Part shown: piece after piece, positions 29,319 through 41,030 of the stretch
Position numbering within the stretch: the stretch's first letter is position 1
Layout of the letters: each line of letters begins with the position of its first letter
NCBI GenBank assembly: GCA_964016885.1
Contig: OZ024757.1
Coordinates: forward strand, 41,974,001-42,038,000
Direction: 5' to 3'
Origin: Eledone cirrhosa
Lineage: Eukaryota
Length of the DNA: 64,000 nucleotides
Translations under genes and position numbers: made by a program
The notes under the pieces: generated by a model
The model's database searches: none
Told to the model about the DNA's origin: nothing
The model's input: the letters and a program-made list of their open reading frames with translations, nothing else

Positions 29319-29363
29319 AACGGTGCTGATGATAGCTAACAAGGTTGAAACTAGTACATCGTT
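29319..29363 (+). ncRNA. Minimal type I hammerhead ribozyme, unit 1 (one helix II mismatch)
   Basis: aacggtg CTGATGA t agc-taacaa-ggt t GAAAC TA GTA catcgtt; 7-bp helix I; palindromic helix III ACTAGT; predicted cut after 29356. Confidence 0.85.
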
Positions 29364-29524
29364 CCTGTGTCAGTGTTGAACAAAAAGGTGACGTGGTTGC
29401 CTTAACACCGTATGGCATAAATTCAGGCTGTTCTGTTTGTTGACAAACAAACGAACAAAGCTGCGTTATAATAAACGTCGGCTAAACTGATGCGTGCATA
29501 TATGTATGTGTACCTGTGTGCATG

Positions 29525-29597
<73 letters not shown>

Positions 29598-29830
29598 TGC
29601 TGTACGTCTGTATACATATATGTATGTACGTATACATACATACTTACATTTAAGTAAGTGCCATACTAAGAGTGAGAAATGAAATTTCGTTTTCATTTTT
29701 TTTTCAACTTATCGTTTTCGGTATGCCTGACCGATTTAACTCACTCAATATGCAAATTAGGCTGCTCAGCCGTTAATTTTCATAAGGAAAGTATATACTT
29801 TCGAACGTTCAACTATCTGGCAGATGGGTA

Positions 29831-29875
29831 AACGGTGCTGATGATAGCTAACAAGCTTGAAACTAGTACATCGTT
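29831..29875 (+). ncRNA. Minimal type I hammerhead ribozyme, unit 2 (intact)
   Basis: aacggtg CTGATGA t agc-taacaa-gct t GAAAC TA GTA catcgtt; all core nucleotides present; predicted cut after 29868. Confidence 0.9.
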
Positions 29876-30050
29876 CCTGTGTCAGTGTTGAACAAAAAGG
29901 TGACGTGGTTGCCTTAACACCGTATGGCATAAATTCAGGCTGTTCTGTTTGTTGACAAACAAACGAACAAAGCTGCGTTATAATAAACGTCGGCTAAACT
30001 GATGCGTGCATATATGTATGTGTACCTGTGTGCATGTATGTATGTGTATG

Positions 30051-30107
<57 letters not shown>

Positions 30108-30219
30108 GCTGCTGTACGTCTGTATACATATATGTATGTACGTATACATACATACTTACATTTAAGTAAGTGCCATACTAAGAGTGAGAAATGAAATTTC
30201 GTTTTCATTTTTTTTTCAA

Positions 30220-30258
<39 letters not shown>

Positions 30259-30689
30259 TCTTTCATGCAAAACCCAATATCAAAACATTTTTCTTCCCTC
30301 CTACATTTATTTTATCACTCTCTCTAAAAATATTACCCCTCTCTCACTAAAACAGTATACCTTTCTCACCCTCTCTATATACCACTACATGTCTCACTCT
30401 CTTCCACGCACTTAATTCCCCATCTCTCTCTCAAAACCAACAAATCCCCCCCTCTCTATATCCCACTACATACCTCACTCTCTCACAATTCCCCCTCTCT
30501 CACTGAACCAACAAACTCTCTGCCCCTCACTCTATACCACTACACATCTCACTCTCACAATTCCCCCTCTCTCACTAGATTACTAAATTCTCGCCCCCTC
30601 TCCACTACAAACCTCACTCTCTCCAAACAATTCCCCCTCTCACCCTCCCTATATCCCACTAGAATATTTTTTACTTTCTGCACGTATTT

Positions 30690-30841
30690 CATCGTCTTAT
30701 TGGCTAATCAACCAACGAGAGTAATTGTTGCTCAAAAGAATCCGCCACTTTGTTTCCACGTTTATTTATCGTTTCGCTTTCGAATCTTCCTCCAGTATTT
30801 CGTCGTTTTATCATCAAAATATTTTTCTCGTTTTGGTAACT
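30690..30841 (+). promoter_or_regulatory. Possible promoter and non-coding first exon
   Basis: CpG-rich unique segment; inverted CCAAT (attgg 30699-30703); donor-like TTG|gtaact at 30835/30836. Confidence 0.3.
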
Positions 30842-31074
30842 TATATTGTTAATTTATATATGATTTTTAAAATTTATATTAACTATTAAAAGTCTGAAAA
30901 TATGTTTATATATTTATATCTTACAATAATATTTATAAGATCATTTATAAAATAACAATTATATAATCTAATTACATTACAACGATAATTTATTATTAAT
31001 ATATATATAATGTTTAACTAGAGTTAAACATATTAATGAGTTAAAAAAACATATTAGAGTTAAAAAAATATTAA

Positions 31075-31500
31075 ACTAGACCTGAAAAATGCGCAAGCTC
31101 AAAAGAGCCACAAAAGTGTAGGACTAGAGTTGTTGCTCAAAAATATTGTAATCATTATCTATCGTACATTCTGTGGCATCCTTTTATAAAAAAAGAGACT
31201 CATAACGAACTCAAGACGACACGATAATTATTTAAGTGAATTTATAATATAGAATTCGGTTTAAGTGCATTTCGTATTAATCATTACTAAACATCTAATA
31301 TGAGATATTGAACATTAGTTTCAATAATTATCACGTCGTCTTGAGTTCGTTATGAGTCTCTTTTTTATAAAAGGATGCCACAGAGTGTACGATAGATAAT
31401 GATTACAATATTTTTGAGCAACAACTCTAGTCCTACACTTTTGAAGGTTTATTATAACATTCTGTGGCTCTTTTGAGCTTGCGCATTTTTCAGGTCTAGT
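31075..31500. mobile_element. Fold-back MITE with ~160-bp TIRs
   Basis: 31075-31232 is the reverse complement of ~31323-31500 (ACTAGACCTGAAAAATGCGCAAGC... / ...GCTTGCGCATTTTTCAGGTCTAGT); ~90-bp spacer. Confidence 0.85.
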
Positions 31501-31720
31501 ATATATATGTATGTCTGAGACCAGTTTATATAGATCACAGACACCCACATAGAGGGAGGGGAAGAGGGAGAAGAATTAGGAAGTAGAGGGACAAACGGAG
31601 TAGTATAGAGAGAGAGGATATATATATATATAACAAAGAAAGTGTGGTAAGAAACCAGGAGGACCATAACGCACCAGAGTACTCGATACTTAGGGTAACA
31701 GAGTGGGTAATAGGAAAATT

Positions 31721-31829
31721 GTCAGGACCCCGACAGCTGAGCTCCTGCCGTTTCGACAGCTACATCCGAACGGTTCGGATTCGGATCTAGCTGTCGAAAC
31801 GGCCGGAGCTCAGCCGTCGGGGTTCTGAC
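31721..31829. repeat. GC-rich 109-bp near-perfect hairpin made of two inverted HHR 3' halves
   Basis: Arms of ~50 bp with 4 mismatches; + strand tagctgtc GAAAC ggc-cggagctca-gcc GTC gggg. Confidence 0.85.
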
Positions 31830-31865
31830 TCTAAACTGATGCGTGCATATATGTATGTGTACCTG

Positions 31866-31903
<38 letters not shown>

Positions 31904-33208
31904 TGCTACTGTACGTCTGTATACATATATGTATGTACGTATACATACATACTTACATTTAAGTAAGTGCCGTACTAAGAGTGAGAAATGAAATTTCGTT
32001 TTCATTTTATTTCAACTTATATATATATATCGATAAATACATATATATATAAATACATATACATAAATAAATACATACGCACTCGTTTTAAATTATGATA
32101 ATACACACGCTTGCGAGCGCACATAGCTAAGTCTTCAAGAAACACTTGACCACAATGTACTGCTCAACAGGGATCGAACCTGAAACTGTGTAGCTGAAAA
32201 GGTTAAAAAGTTAAACCAGACGACCGAATCTGGCCATGTTAACACATTCTCTCGTGCACAGAGTGTGTGAATGTATCAACGTAAATCTATCAAAATGACG
32301 CTGAGAGTTACCTCCCTTAGAAATTATCCTCGTACACTTTAAAAACTCCCGCAAACACCTTGTTTTGATTTTTTTTCAACTCGGTTTTATTGTAACCCCC
32401 CACCCCCACCCCACTGTCCCTGTCTGGTTGTATTGTCCCTTATATTTGGGCCCTAGAGGACAATAATGAAATCATTATTGTTATTATTATTATTATTATT
32501 ATTAAAAATCTGTTATAAAATATATTTTACTCCCCAAAAATCCCACACTGTATCGTCCTGTACTGTCCTTAATGTTTCCTTAATGTCAGCCCTGTGTGGC
32601 TAATAAAGAAAGTATTATTATTATTATTGCAGAATCGGTAGAGCGTCGAACACGCTGCTTCGCAGTATAGAGTTATGGCCGTTTACATTCTGAGTTCAAA
32701 TCTTGCCGAGGTTAGCTTTGCCTTTCATCCTTACGGGGTCGATAAAATAAAGTACCAGTAATACACTGTGATATTGCTGGCCTTGTGCCAAAAGTAGAAA
32801 CAATTATTATTATTAATGTTGTAGTGCACCTGAGCACTGTACACAATAATTTCATTATTATTATTATTGGTTACCTGAGTCACTCCTGGGTGGTTCTCCC
32901 CCACCCACTCTATTGGCGAATTTTATTGTTAATTGATTTTTTTTTACTCGATTTAATTATACCCCCCCCCCCCCCCCCCCCGTCCCTATTGTTGTTTTTT
33001 TTATTCTCCCCTATATGTTGGCCCTAGTGGCTAATTTACGGGGTCGATAAAATAACGTGCCAATAATAAACAGGGGTTGACTTTCCCTTCCTGCCCCAAA
33101 ATTGCTGGCCTTGTGCCTAAATCAGAAACAATTATTATTTTTATTCACATTATTATTATTCCAACATTAGCTTTCGTGGTTTATTTTCTTTCCTCTACAT
33201 AATAATAC

Positions 33209-33365
33209 CTTTTTTCCGTTCACTGGATTCTGAATGAGTTGAATCACACGGTAATTCCTGCAGAGAAGTTTGACTGGTTTTACAGGAAAACATTGCTGCC
33301 GTTTTCACAGACAACACCACCGAAATGATGTTCAGAAATAAACCATTTCTACAGAATGGTAGACG
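33209..33365. other. Probable exon, strand unresolved
   Basis: - option 33209-33348 (ctgtag|...MFSCKTSQTSLQELPCDSTHSESSERKK|gtatta); + option 33286-33365 (ttttacag|...MMFRNKPFLQNGR|gtaaga). Confidence 0.35.
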
Positions 33366-33666
33366 GTAAGAGGAAAACTGACTGGATAATGATTGACATG
33401 TTAGGTGTTGGTGGTGGTGGAGGGTGATGGTTGTGGAGGATGTGACGGTGCTAGTGGCGAGTAGGTCATATATGTTTACACTGGGGGAAATCTCCATTAT
33501 TGCATGTCGCCAATCAAAGTATATCAGGATATATATATATATATACATATATATAAAAACCCACTTCCTGCTATTTCAAGCGTTAACCTAATATGTTCCT
33601 CTCATATACTGTACCGATTGTGTTGTTATTTCTGTTTACCTTTTACATACATACACACACACACAC

Positions 33667-33722
<56 letters not shown>

Positions 33723-33798
33723 GAGGTTATATTTATTATACATATTTCAAGGAAGCTCCAACTGTCAATATTTATTTATAAAACAAATCTGTATTGTA

Positions 33799-33860
33799 TT
33801 TTATCTGATGAAAACGCACCATAATTTGCCTTGGTGGCCCTTGAAATATGTATAATAAAA
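33799..33860 (+). ncRNA. HHR-like motif (family D) with upstream inverted copy of its 3' end
   Basis: ttttat CTGATGA aaac gcacca..tggtggc cctt GAAA tat GTA ta ataaaa; ~33730-33752 is the inverted copy of ~33839-33862. Confidence 0.65.
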
Positions 33861-34738
33861 TAAATATGGTTTTATAAATATAGTTTCCATTTGTTAATAT
33901 ATTGTGTATATATATATATATAACATAAGTACGTAGCAGCTATATGATAGTGTCAAACACATATAAACATACACATACATCACAGTATTTCCCTTACAAC
34001 ACGCATACATATATATATATATAGATATACTGTTACATCAGTGTCAACATTCTCTGAGAAATTTATTTATATTTTAGTGTATATATTTTAGTATATATAT
34101 TTTAGTGTATATATTTTAGTATATATATTTTAGTATATATATATATTATTTTTTATCTCCTCCCTTCCTTTCACAACTGTTAATCCTTGTCTCTTTCACA
34201 CATATATATACACATATCCACCGAGGTTAACTTTGCCTTTCATCCTTACGCGAGGTCGATAAATAAAGTACCAGTAGTGCACTGGGGTAATCGCTGGCCT
34301 TATGCCAAAAGTAGAAACTATATATATATACATACATATATAGACACATTTATACACACACATATATATACATATATACACACACATATACATACACACA
34401 TATATACACACACATATACATACACACACATATACATACACATAAATACATATACACACACATTTATGCATATACACATTTATACATACACTCACACATA
34501 TATACTTGCATATACACACACACATATATATACACACACAAATATATATATACATACACACATCATCATCATCGTTTAATGTCCATTTTCCACGCTAGCA
34601 TGGGTCTGGAAGACATATATACACACAAATACATATATATACACACACACACCATCACTAAAATATATCATCCTTTCTATTTTGAGAACATCTAACAATA
34701 GAAACAAGCTAAAGCAATAATAGAACTCTATGTTGCCC

Positions 34739-34772
<34 letters not shown>

Positions 34773-35191
34773 GTTCTTTGAGTCTCAGTCATTGATGTTA
34801 TTTAACTGGAAAGTTTGTTGAAATGAATATCAAGCTGCTACCTGCAGCCTCAGATATTCAGGACGTATCGGTGGGTTCTTGCTGTTCCCAGCAAGCATGC
34901 CTTTTGAAGTGTTCTAAAAAGTGGGGCTAGACTAATCTTCTTTAACCATCCTTGGAAACTCTTTGAGATAGTACCTAGTGTTCCTATGACAATTGGGACA
35001 ACCTTGATTTCATGGCAGTTCCAAATCCTTTTTAACTCCGACTTTAAATCCTGGTATCGGTTAATTTTCTCCCTCTCCTTTTCTTGCACTCTCATATCAA
35101 ATGGGCAGGCTACATCTACAATCAGGCACAATCTTTTTTCCTTGTCCAAAACCACCAGGTCAGGCCTATTGTGTTCTAATTTCTTGTCCAT
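34739..35191 (-). mobile_element. 5'-truncated R4/Dong-clade non-LTR retrotransposon: restriction-like endonuclease C-terminus, 3' UTR and (TAA)n tail
   Basis: ORF 34850-35191 has the RLE motifs RPDLVV..., IVDVACPFD, EK..RY.DL, VVPIVIGTLG and LQKACLLGTAR; (TAA)n at 34739-34772. Confidence 0.92.
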
Positions 35192-35410
35192 CTAACCCTC
35201 AGAGGTTTCCCCCCCTATTGGGGAATTTTTCATTGTTTCAGCAAAAAACCTCTCCTCACTATTCCTGCCATTCATGCACATCCATGTTTCTTTTCCATCT
35301 ACACACATCCATGTTTCTTTTCCATCTACACACATCCATGTTTCTTTTCCATCTACACACATCCATGTTTCTTTTCCATCTACACACATATATGTTTATT
35401 TTAGGTTTTG

Positions 35411-35468
35411 CTGTCTGAAGAGCTCAGGCTATCATAACTGACAGTCCTCAGTGAAATATGTATAACAG
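35411..35468 (+). ncRNA. HHR-like motif (family E)
   Basis: ctgt CTGAAGA gctcagg...cctcagt GAAA tat GTA ta acag. Confidence 0.65.
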
Positions 35469-35515
35469 AGTTTTAATAAAAGCTGAATCAACTGAATATG
35501 GCCTCCGATCTTTTA

Positions 35516-35585
<70 letters not shown>

Positions 35586-37264
35586 CGTGTGTGTGTGTAA
35601 ATTAATAGATCATATGAATACACCAATTTCACAATTGAAGGATTAATATTTATTATATAACTGACACGTGTTTCGTTAATATGCAAGTGATTACATCTAG
35701 AACTGCTAATCCAATGTATATCTACAAATTAATTTAGGAAATACAAATAAGATAAAGAAATATTTCCCTATTTACTCAGTGTCTCTACTGCAGTTTCATT
35801 GAGTAAAACTCAGCATGAGATGTGGAAATCTCAGATCATCAGAACATTTTTTCAAACAAGAAATAATTAATTTCAGTTATGCTCTGAGTCATTGGTTTTT
35901 ATTAATTCGAGATAAATTGGTATCTGTCAGACTCCCTCTCATATGTCTGACTCTCTACAGATACTGCCAATCTATCACCCTCATAATAATAATAATGATA
36001 ATAATATAAGCACAGAGCCAGTAATTTAAGGGAGGGAAAAGTTGATTAAATCAATCCCCAGTTCCTAACTTGTACTTTATTTCATCATCGACCCTGGAAA
36101 ATGAAAATTGGTCGGGGTTTGAACTGAGAATGTAGTGTTGAACATAAAATAATTATTTCTACTTTTGGCACAAGGCCAGCAATTATCCTAATACATTACT
36201 GGTACTTTATTTTATCGACCCCGTAAGGGTGAAAGGCAAAGTTAACCTCGGCGGGATTTGAACATAAAATAAGGATGATGGTGACGATATACACAAGACT
36301 GGTGACGATATACACAAGAATGGAATGGTGATGATATACACAAGAATGGTGACGATATACACAAGAATGGTGACAATATACATGAGACTGGTGACAATAT
36401 ACATGAGACTGGTGACAATATACATGAGACTGGTGACGATATACATGAGAATGGTGGTATTATACATGAGACTGGTGACGATATACACGAGAATGGTAAC
36501 AATATACACAAGAATGAGAATGTAAAGAGTTAAAGATAAAATGATGATGATGATGATATACATCGATCAATTGAAAGAAAGTAAATAGAGAGAAGATTAA
36601 GTTAATAAATCCTCGCAATCTGTATAACTTTATATAGATGTTGTGTTATTAAAATGGATTATATACTTCAAATAGAATTGTAATATAAATATTGTTGATA
36701 AAGTTAAGTCTATTACAAGAGATAAACTAATAAGAAAATAAACAAACTCCAATGAAAGTTTTTTTCTTTTATTTATTTCAGCTACTGCAGCCAAGTTGGG
36801 ACATACCAGCACTGGGTTTACCATTGTGCTTAGGTGTGCTTAAACACAGGGCCCCGTCAGCCAGCGGGATCCATCATCCTGCCAAAAATAATTTTTCACA
36901 ATGAATTCTTCAAATGTTTGGAGCCTCATAACTTAACTAACACAGGGCCTCAGTTGTCCTGGACATTACCTTCATGAGCTTCAGTCTAAAGATTGAAACG
37001 AGATGTCATTGTAATTATTGGCGCGATTGTTAGTCTTTACTGACAAAAGTCAAGCAGGGGGAAACTGATGGCTTCCATCCATTCAAGATTGAGAATTGTA
37101 AAAGAAATAGCAGTGAAAGTTTATCTCTGCCATTTTCTCATAAGAGTCAAGTCAAGCCATATCCAGCCAGAATTCTCTCACCATTTTCTGTTCAAACCGG
37201 CTGTAACTTGCCACTCATGCTGATATTAAGGTATTGTTCTCAAAAATAAATGATATCAAATCTC

Positions 37265-37602
37265 ATAAGTGAGATATTATGTGAGGTAAAACCTTTACTG
37301 TGAAAATATGGTAGTAAATATAGAGTAATGTAAATGTTATGCGAGATAGTATGTGAGGTAAAGCCTTTACTGTGAAAATACAATAGTATATATAGAGTAA
37401 TGTAAATGTTATGCGAGATAGTATGTGAGGTAAAGCTTTTACTGTGAAAATACAATAGTATATATAGAGTAATGTAAATGTTATGTGAGATATTTTGTGA
37501 GGTAAAGCCTTTACTGTGAAAATACAATAGTATATATAGAGTAATGTAAATGTTATGTGAGATATTTTGTGAGGTAAAGCCTTTACTGTGAAAATACAAT
37601 AG
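37265..37602 (-). repeat. 72-bp tandem array (~4.5 copies) inside MITE A; same unit as 53905-55620 in reverse orientation
   Basis: Direct sequence comparison. Confidence 0.9.
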
Positions 37603-38216
37603 GTGGTGTTATTAAGTTAGACATGGCCTGGGCCAATACTAGCCAAAACCTATCAAAGTTATATAGAGTAATGTAAATGGTAACGGGTTAATTATGTTGA
37701 CCTCGGCAGTCTCAGAAAGCATGTGAAGTGTCATCGACACCACCCCCACCTACTGATCAAACAAAATAAAACAATAAAATAAAACAAAATAATCAGTTAT
37801 CTATGAAGAATAAAAAGTTATGCAATATTTTGTCTGGTGAAGTGTTTGGCTGACTTTTGTGACCAAATGGTGGGGGCAGGAGTACAATGTGGGGGTAAAG
37901 TAGAATGAGGTGATGTGGGGGGGTAGACTGAAGGGAGTGAGATGTAGGTGGGAGGTGAAAGAGAGAGTGTGGGGTTAGGTGGGAGGTGAGAGGAGATTGA
38001 AGAGAGAGCTAGAGAGAGAGAGAGAGCTAGAGAGAGAGACTATGTAGGTTTAGGTGTTTATCTGTCAGTTGTAGAAGAATGACTTTACAGAACCAAGTTA
38101 TGAACTGAAGGAGGTGACTTGAAGTAGGTAGGTGGGTGGGTGGGTAGGTGGGTTTGTGTGTGTCCCACTCCACCCAACTGAAGTAAAAGTGTTGGTGCAA
38201 ACAATATGAAACATAT

Positions 38217-38247
<31 letters not shown>

Positions 38248-38280
38248 TACAAACACACATACACACACATACACATACAA

Positions 38281-38313
<33 letters not shown>

Positions 38314-38728
38314 ACTATGTCAAAATTGCCTCCTGTTTTGTTTGTTTATTTAACACACACATACACATACAGACACAGACACACACACACACACACACAA
38401 ACACACAGGCGCATACAGACACACACACACAGGCACACACACACACACACACACAGATACACATACACATACAGACACACACAATACACACATACATACA
38501 CACAATACACACACACACAGCTCAGTATTGTAGAAGTGATAAAACCCCAACCATACCCCCAGGCCACCTTCATATACTGATTGTCAAACCTACCTCACCT
38601 CAATTCTTACACAACAGTAAAACACATCATTACACACAACCAACAAACTCAGAACCTAAACTGAAGACCAACATTGACACAGCAACAGATGCTGGAATAA
38701 ACTTAACTTTATACAAATATTAACTAAG

Positions 38729-38919
38729 GGCGGTGGATTGGCAGTATTGGTAGGTGGTCGGACGCCGTGCTTTGACGTATCGAGTTACGGCCCTTGCCAT
38801 TCTGAGTTCAAATCCCGCCAAGGTTAACTTTGCCTTTCATCCTTACGGGGTCAATTTAATAAAGTACCAGTAATGTACTGGGTAATTGTTGGCCTTGTGC
38901 CAAAAGTAGAAACAATTAT
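38729..38919 (+). mobile_element. tRNA-derived SINE with Meta-like central domain (representative full copy)
   Basis: A-box-like tggcagtattgg, B-box gagttcaaatcc, then gcctttcatccttacggggtc...aaagtaccag; other copies at ~27545, 32628, 34220 (+) and 1380, 15850, 36155, 41450, 59030, 59960, 60160 (-). Confidence 0.85.
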
Positions 38920-39584
38920 CAACTAATGTATGTCTATAACTTACCACAACAATAGAGGAGACAACACACACAATAGCCTATACACACACAATAACCTACA
39001 CATACACACACAATAACCTACACACACACACACAATAACCTACACACACACACACAATAACCTACACATACACACACAATAACCTACACACACACACACA
39101 ATAACCTACACATACACGCACACAGCCTACACATACACACACACAGCCTACACATACACACACAATAACCTATACATACACACACACAGCCTACACATAC
39201 ACACACAATAGCCCCCACACACACAATAGACTACACATACACACACAATAACCTATACATACATACACAGCCTACACATACACACACAATAGCCCACACA
39301 CACACAATAGACTACACATACACACACACAATCGCCTACACATACACACACACACAATAGCCCCCACACACACAATAGCCTCCAGAACTGCAGTCATTCA
39401 CTACACTTAACATGTAAGGAGGCCACAAACAACATCGACCATAAACACAATAGAATAAACACACAAATACTTAGAAAACATCGGTGACTCAGTAACCGCA
39501 GAGACACACACAAACACACTCATACATATATATATATACAGGCACACACACACACTCACACACACACACAGGACTTCTTCTTGG

Positions 39585-40278
39585 CCCACTAATTCTTGAG
39601 AGAGTCATGGGGGCCAGAGTCCCCAAATACTCCTTCCAGTGGGTCCTGTCAGAAGCACCTGTTCCAGTTAGATCCTCAAGTGTGACCAGCCATGGATGTT
39701 ATCCAACCATCTTGCTCGAGGTCTACCCCTGGGTCTCCTGCCAGTTGGTTTTGCTCGTAAAATCTGTCCAGAGATTCTTTCCTCAGACATTCTAACCACA
39801 TGTCCATAATATTAGAGCTGTGATCTCTCAATTCAGAGAAGTAGCGGCTCTACCTGGAGTGACTCTCTGATCTCTGAGCTACATATTCTTTCCTCAGACA
39901 TTCTAACCACATGTCCATAATATCAGAGCTGTGATCTCTCAATTCAGAGAAGTAGCGGCTCTACCTGGAGTGACTCTCTGATCTCTGAGCTACATATTCT
40001 TTCCTCAGACATTCTAACCACATGTCCATAATATCAGAGCTGTGATCTCTCAATTCAGAGAAGTAGCGGCTCTACCTGGAGTGACTCTCTGATCTCTGAG
40101 CTACATATTCTTTCCTCAGACATTCTAACCACATGTCCATAATATCAGAGCTGTGATCTCTCAATTCAGAGAAGTAGCGGCTCTACCTGGAGTGACTCTC
40201 TGATCTCTGAGCTACATATTCTTTCCTCAGACATTCTAACCACATGTCCATAATATCAGAGCTGTGATCTCTCAATTC
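39585..40278 (-). mobile_element. RTE LINE 3' fragment with an internal 111-bp segment tandemly amplified ~4.5x
   Basis: Minus strand encodes YYGHVVRMSEERISGQILRAKPTGRRPRGRPRARWLDNI; the repeated unit encodes SSEIRESLQVEPLLL*IERSQL*YYGHVVRMSE. Confidence 0.88.
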
Positions 40279-40998
40279 TGCCAATCAACTAAAACTCTAA
40301 AATCTTTCCAAGAAAACTCTAGTTTTGTCAGACATTCTCTGACTATATTTTTAATGAAACATCGGCTGGCTGTTTCAATTATATTCAAATTAATTAATTC
40401 ATTAATAATTTAAGAGGGATATAATCAAATAATAAATAACTAACATTTTTTCCATTATTAAACCTGAATATTGAAATATAAGTTAACAAAACAAAAGGGT
40501 CTTAGAAAAATATTGTGAGGGAAGGTTGTTGGTGGTGGTGGTGGTGGTGGTGGTGTTGGTGGTGGTAGTGTTGGTAGTGGTGGTGTTGGAGGTGGTAGTG
40601 TTGGTAGTGGTGGTGGTGGTGGTGGTAGTGTTGGTAGTGGTGGTGGTGGTGGTGGTGGTGGTGGTGGTGGTAGTGTTGGTAGTGGTGGTGGTGGTGGTGG
40701 TGTTGGTGGTAGTGTTGGTAGTGGTGGTGGTGGTGGTGGTGGTGTTGGTGGTGGTAGTGTCGGTGGTGGTGTTGGTAGTGTTGGTGGTGGTGGTGATGGT
40801 GGTGGTGGTGATAGTGTTGGTGGTGGTGGTGGTGGTGGTGGTGGTGGTGGTAGTGTTGGTGGTGGTGGTAGTGTTGGTGGTGGTGGTGGTAGTGTTGGTG
40901 GTAGTGTTGGTGGTGGTGGTGGTAGTGTTGGTGGTGGTGGTAGTGTTGGTGGTGGTAGTGATGGTGATGGCAGTGTTGTTAGTGGTGGTGATGGAGGT

Positions 40999-41030
<32 letters not shown>

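Larger units (their letters stand above)
28979..30224 (+). mobile_element. Hammerhead-containing 512-bp tandem element (retrozyme / satellite-2-like or Penelope pseudo-LTR) with 5' inverted partial copy
   Basis: Unit 1 29204-29715, unit 2 29716-30224 (landmarks offset by exactly 512); 28979-29206 is the reverse complement of ~29419-29652; a third partial copy lies at 31831-32020. Confidence 0.85.

Noticed and set aside
29460-29720. snRNA gene downstream of the octamer/PSE-like motifs
   Set aside because: No recognisable U1/U2/U4/U5/U6/U7 sequence; the downstream region is (TA)n-containing repeat unit.
38729-38820. tRNA gene-like A/B boxes
   Set aside because: No cloverleaf; these are heads of a multi-copy SINE.
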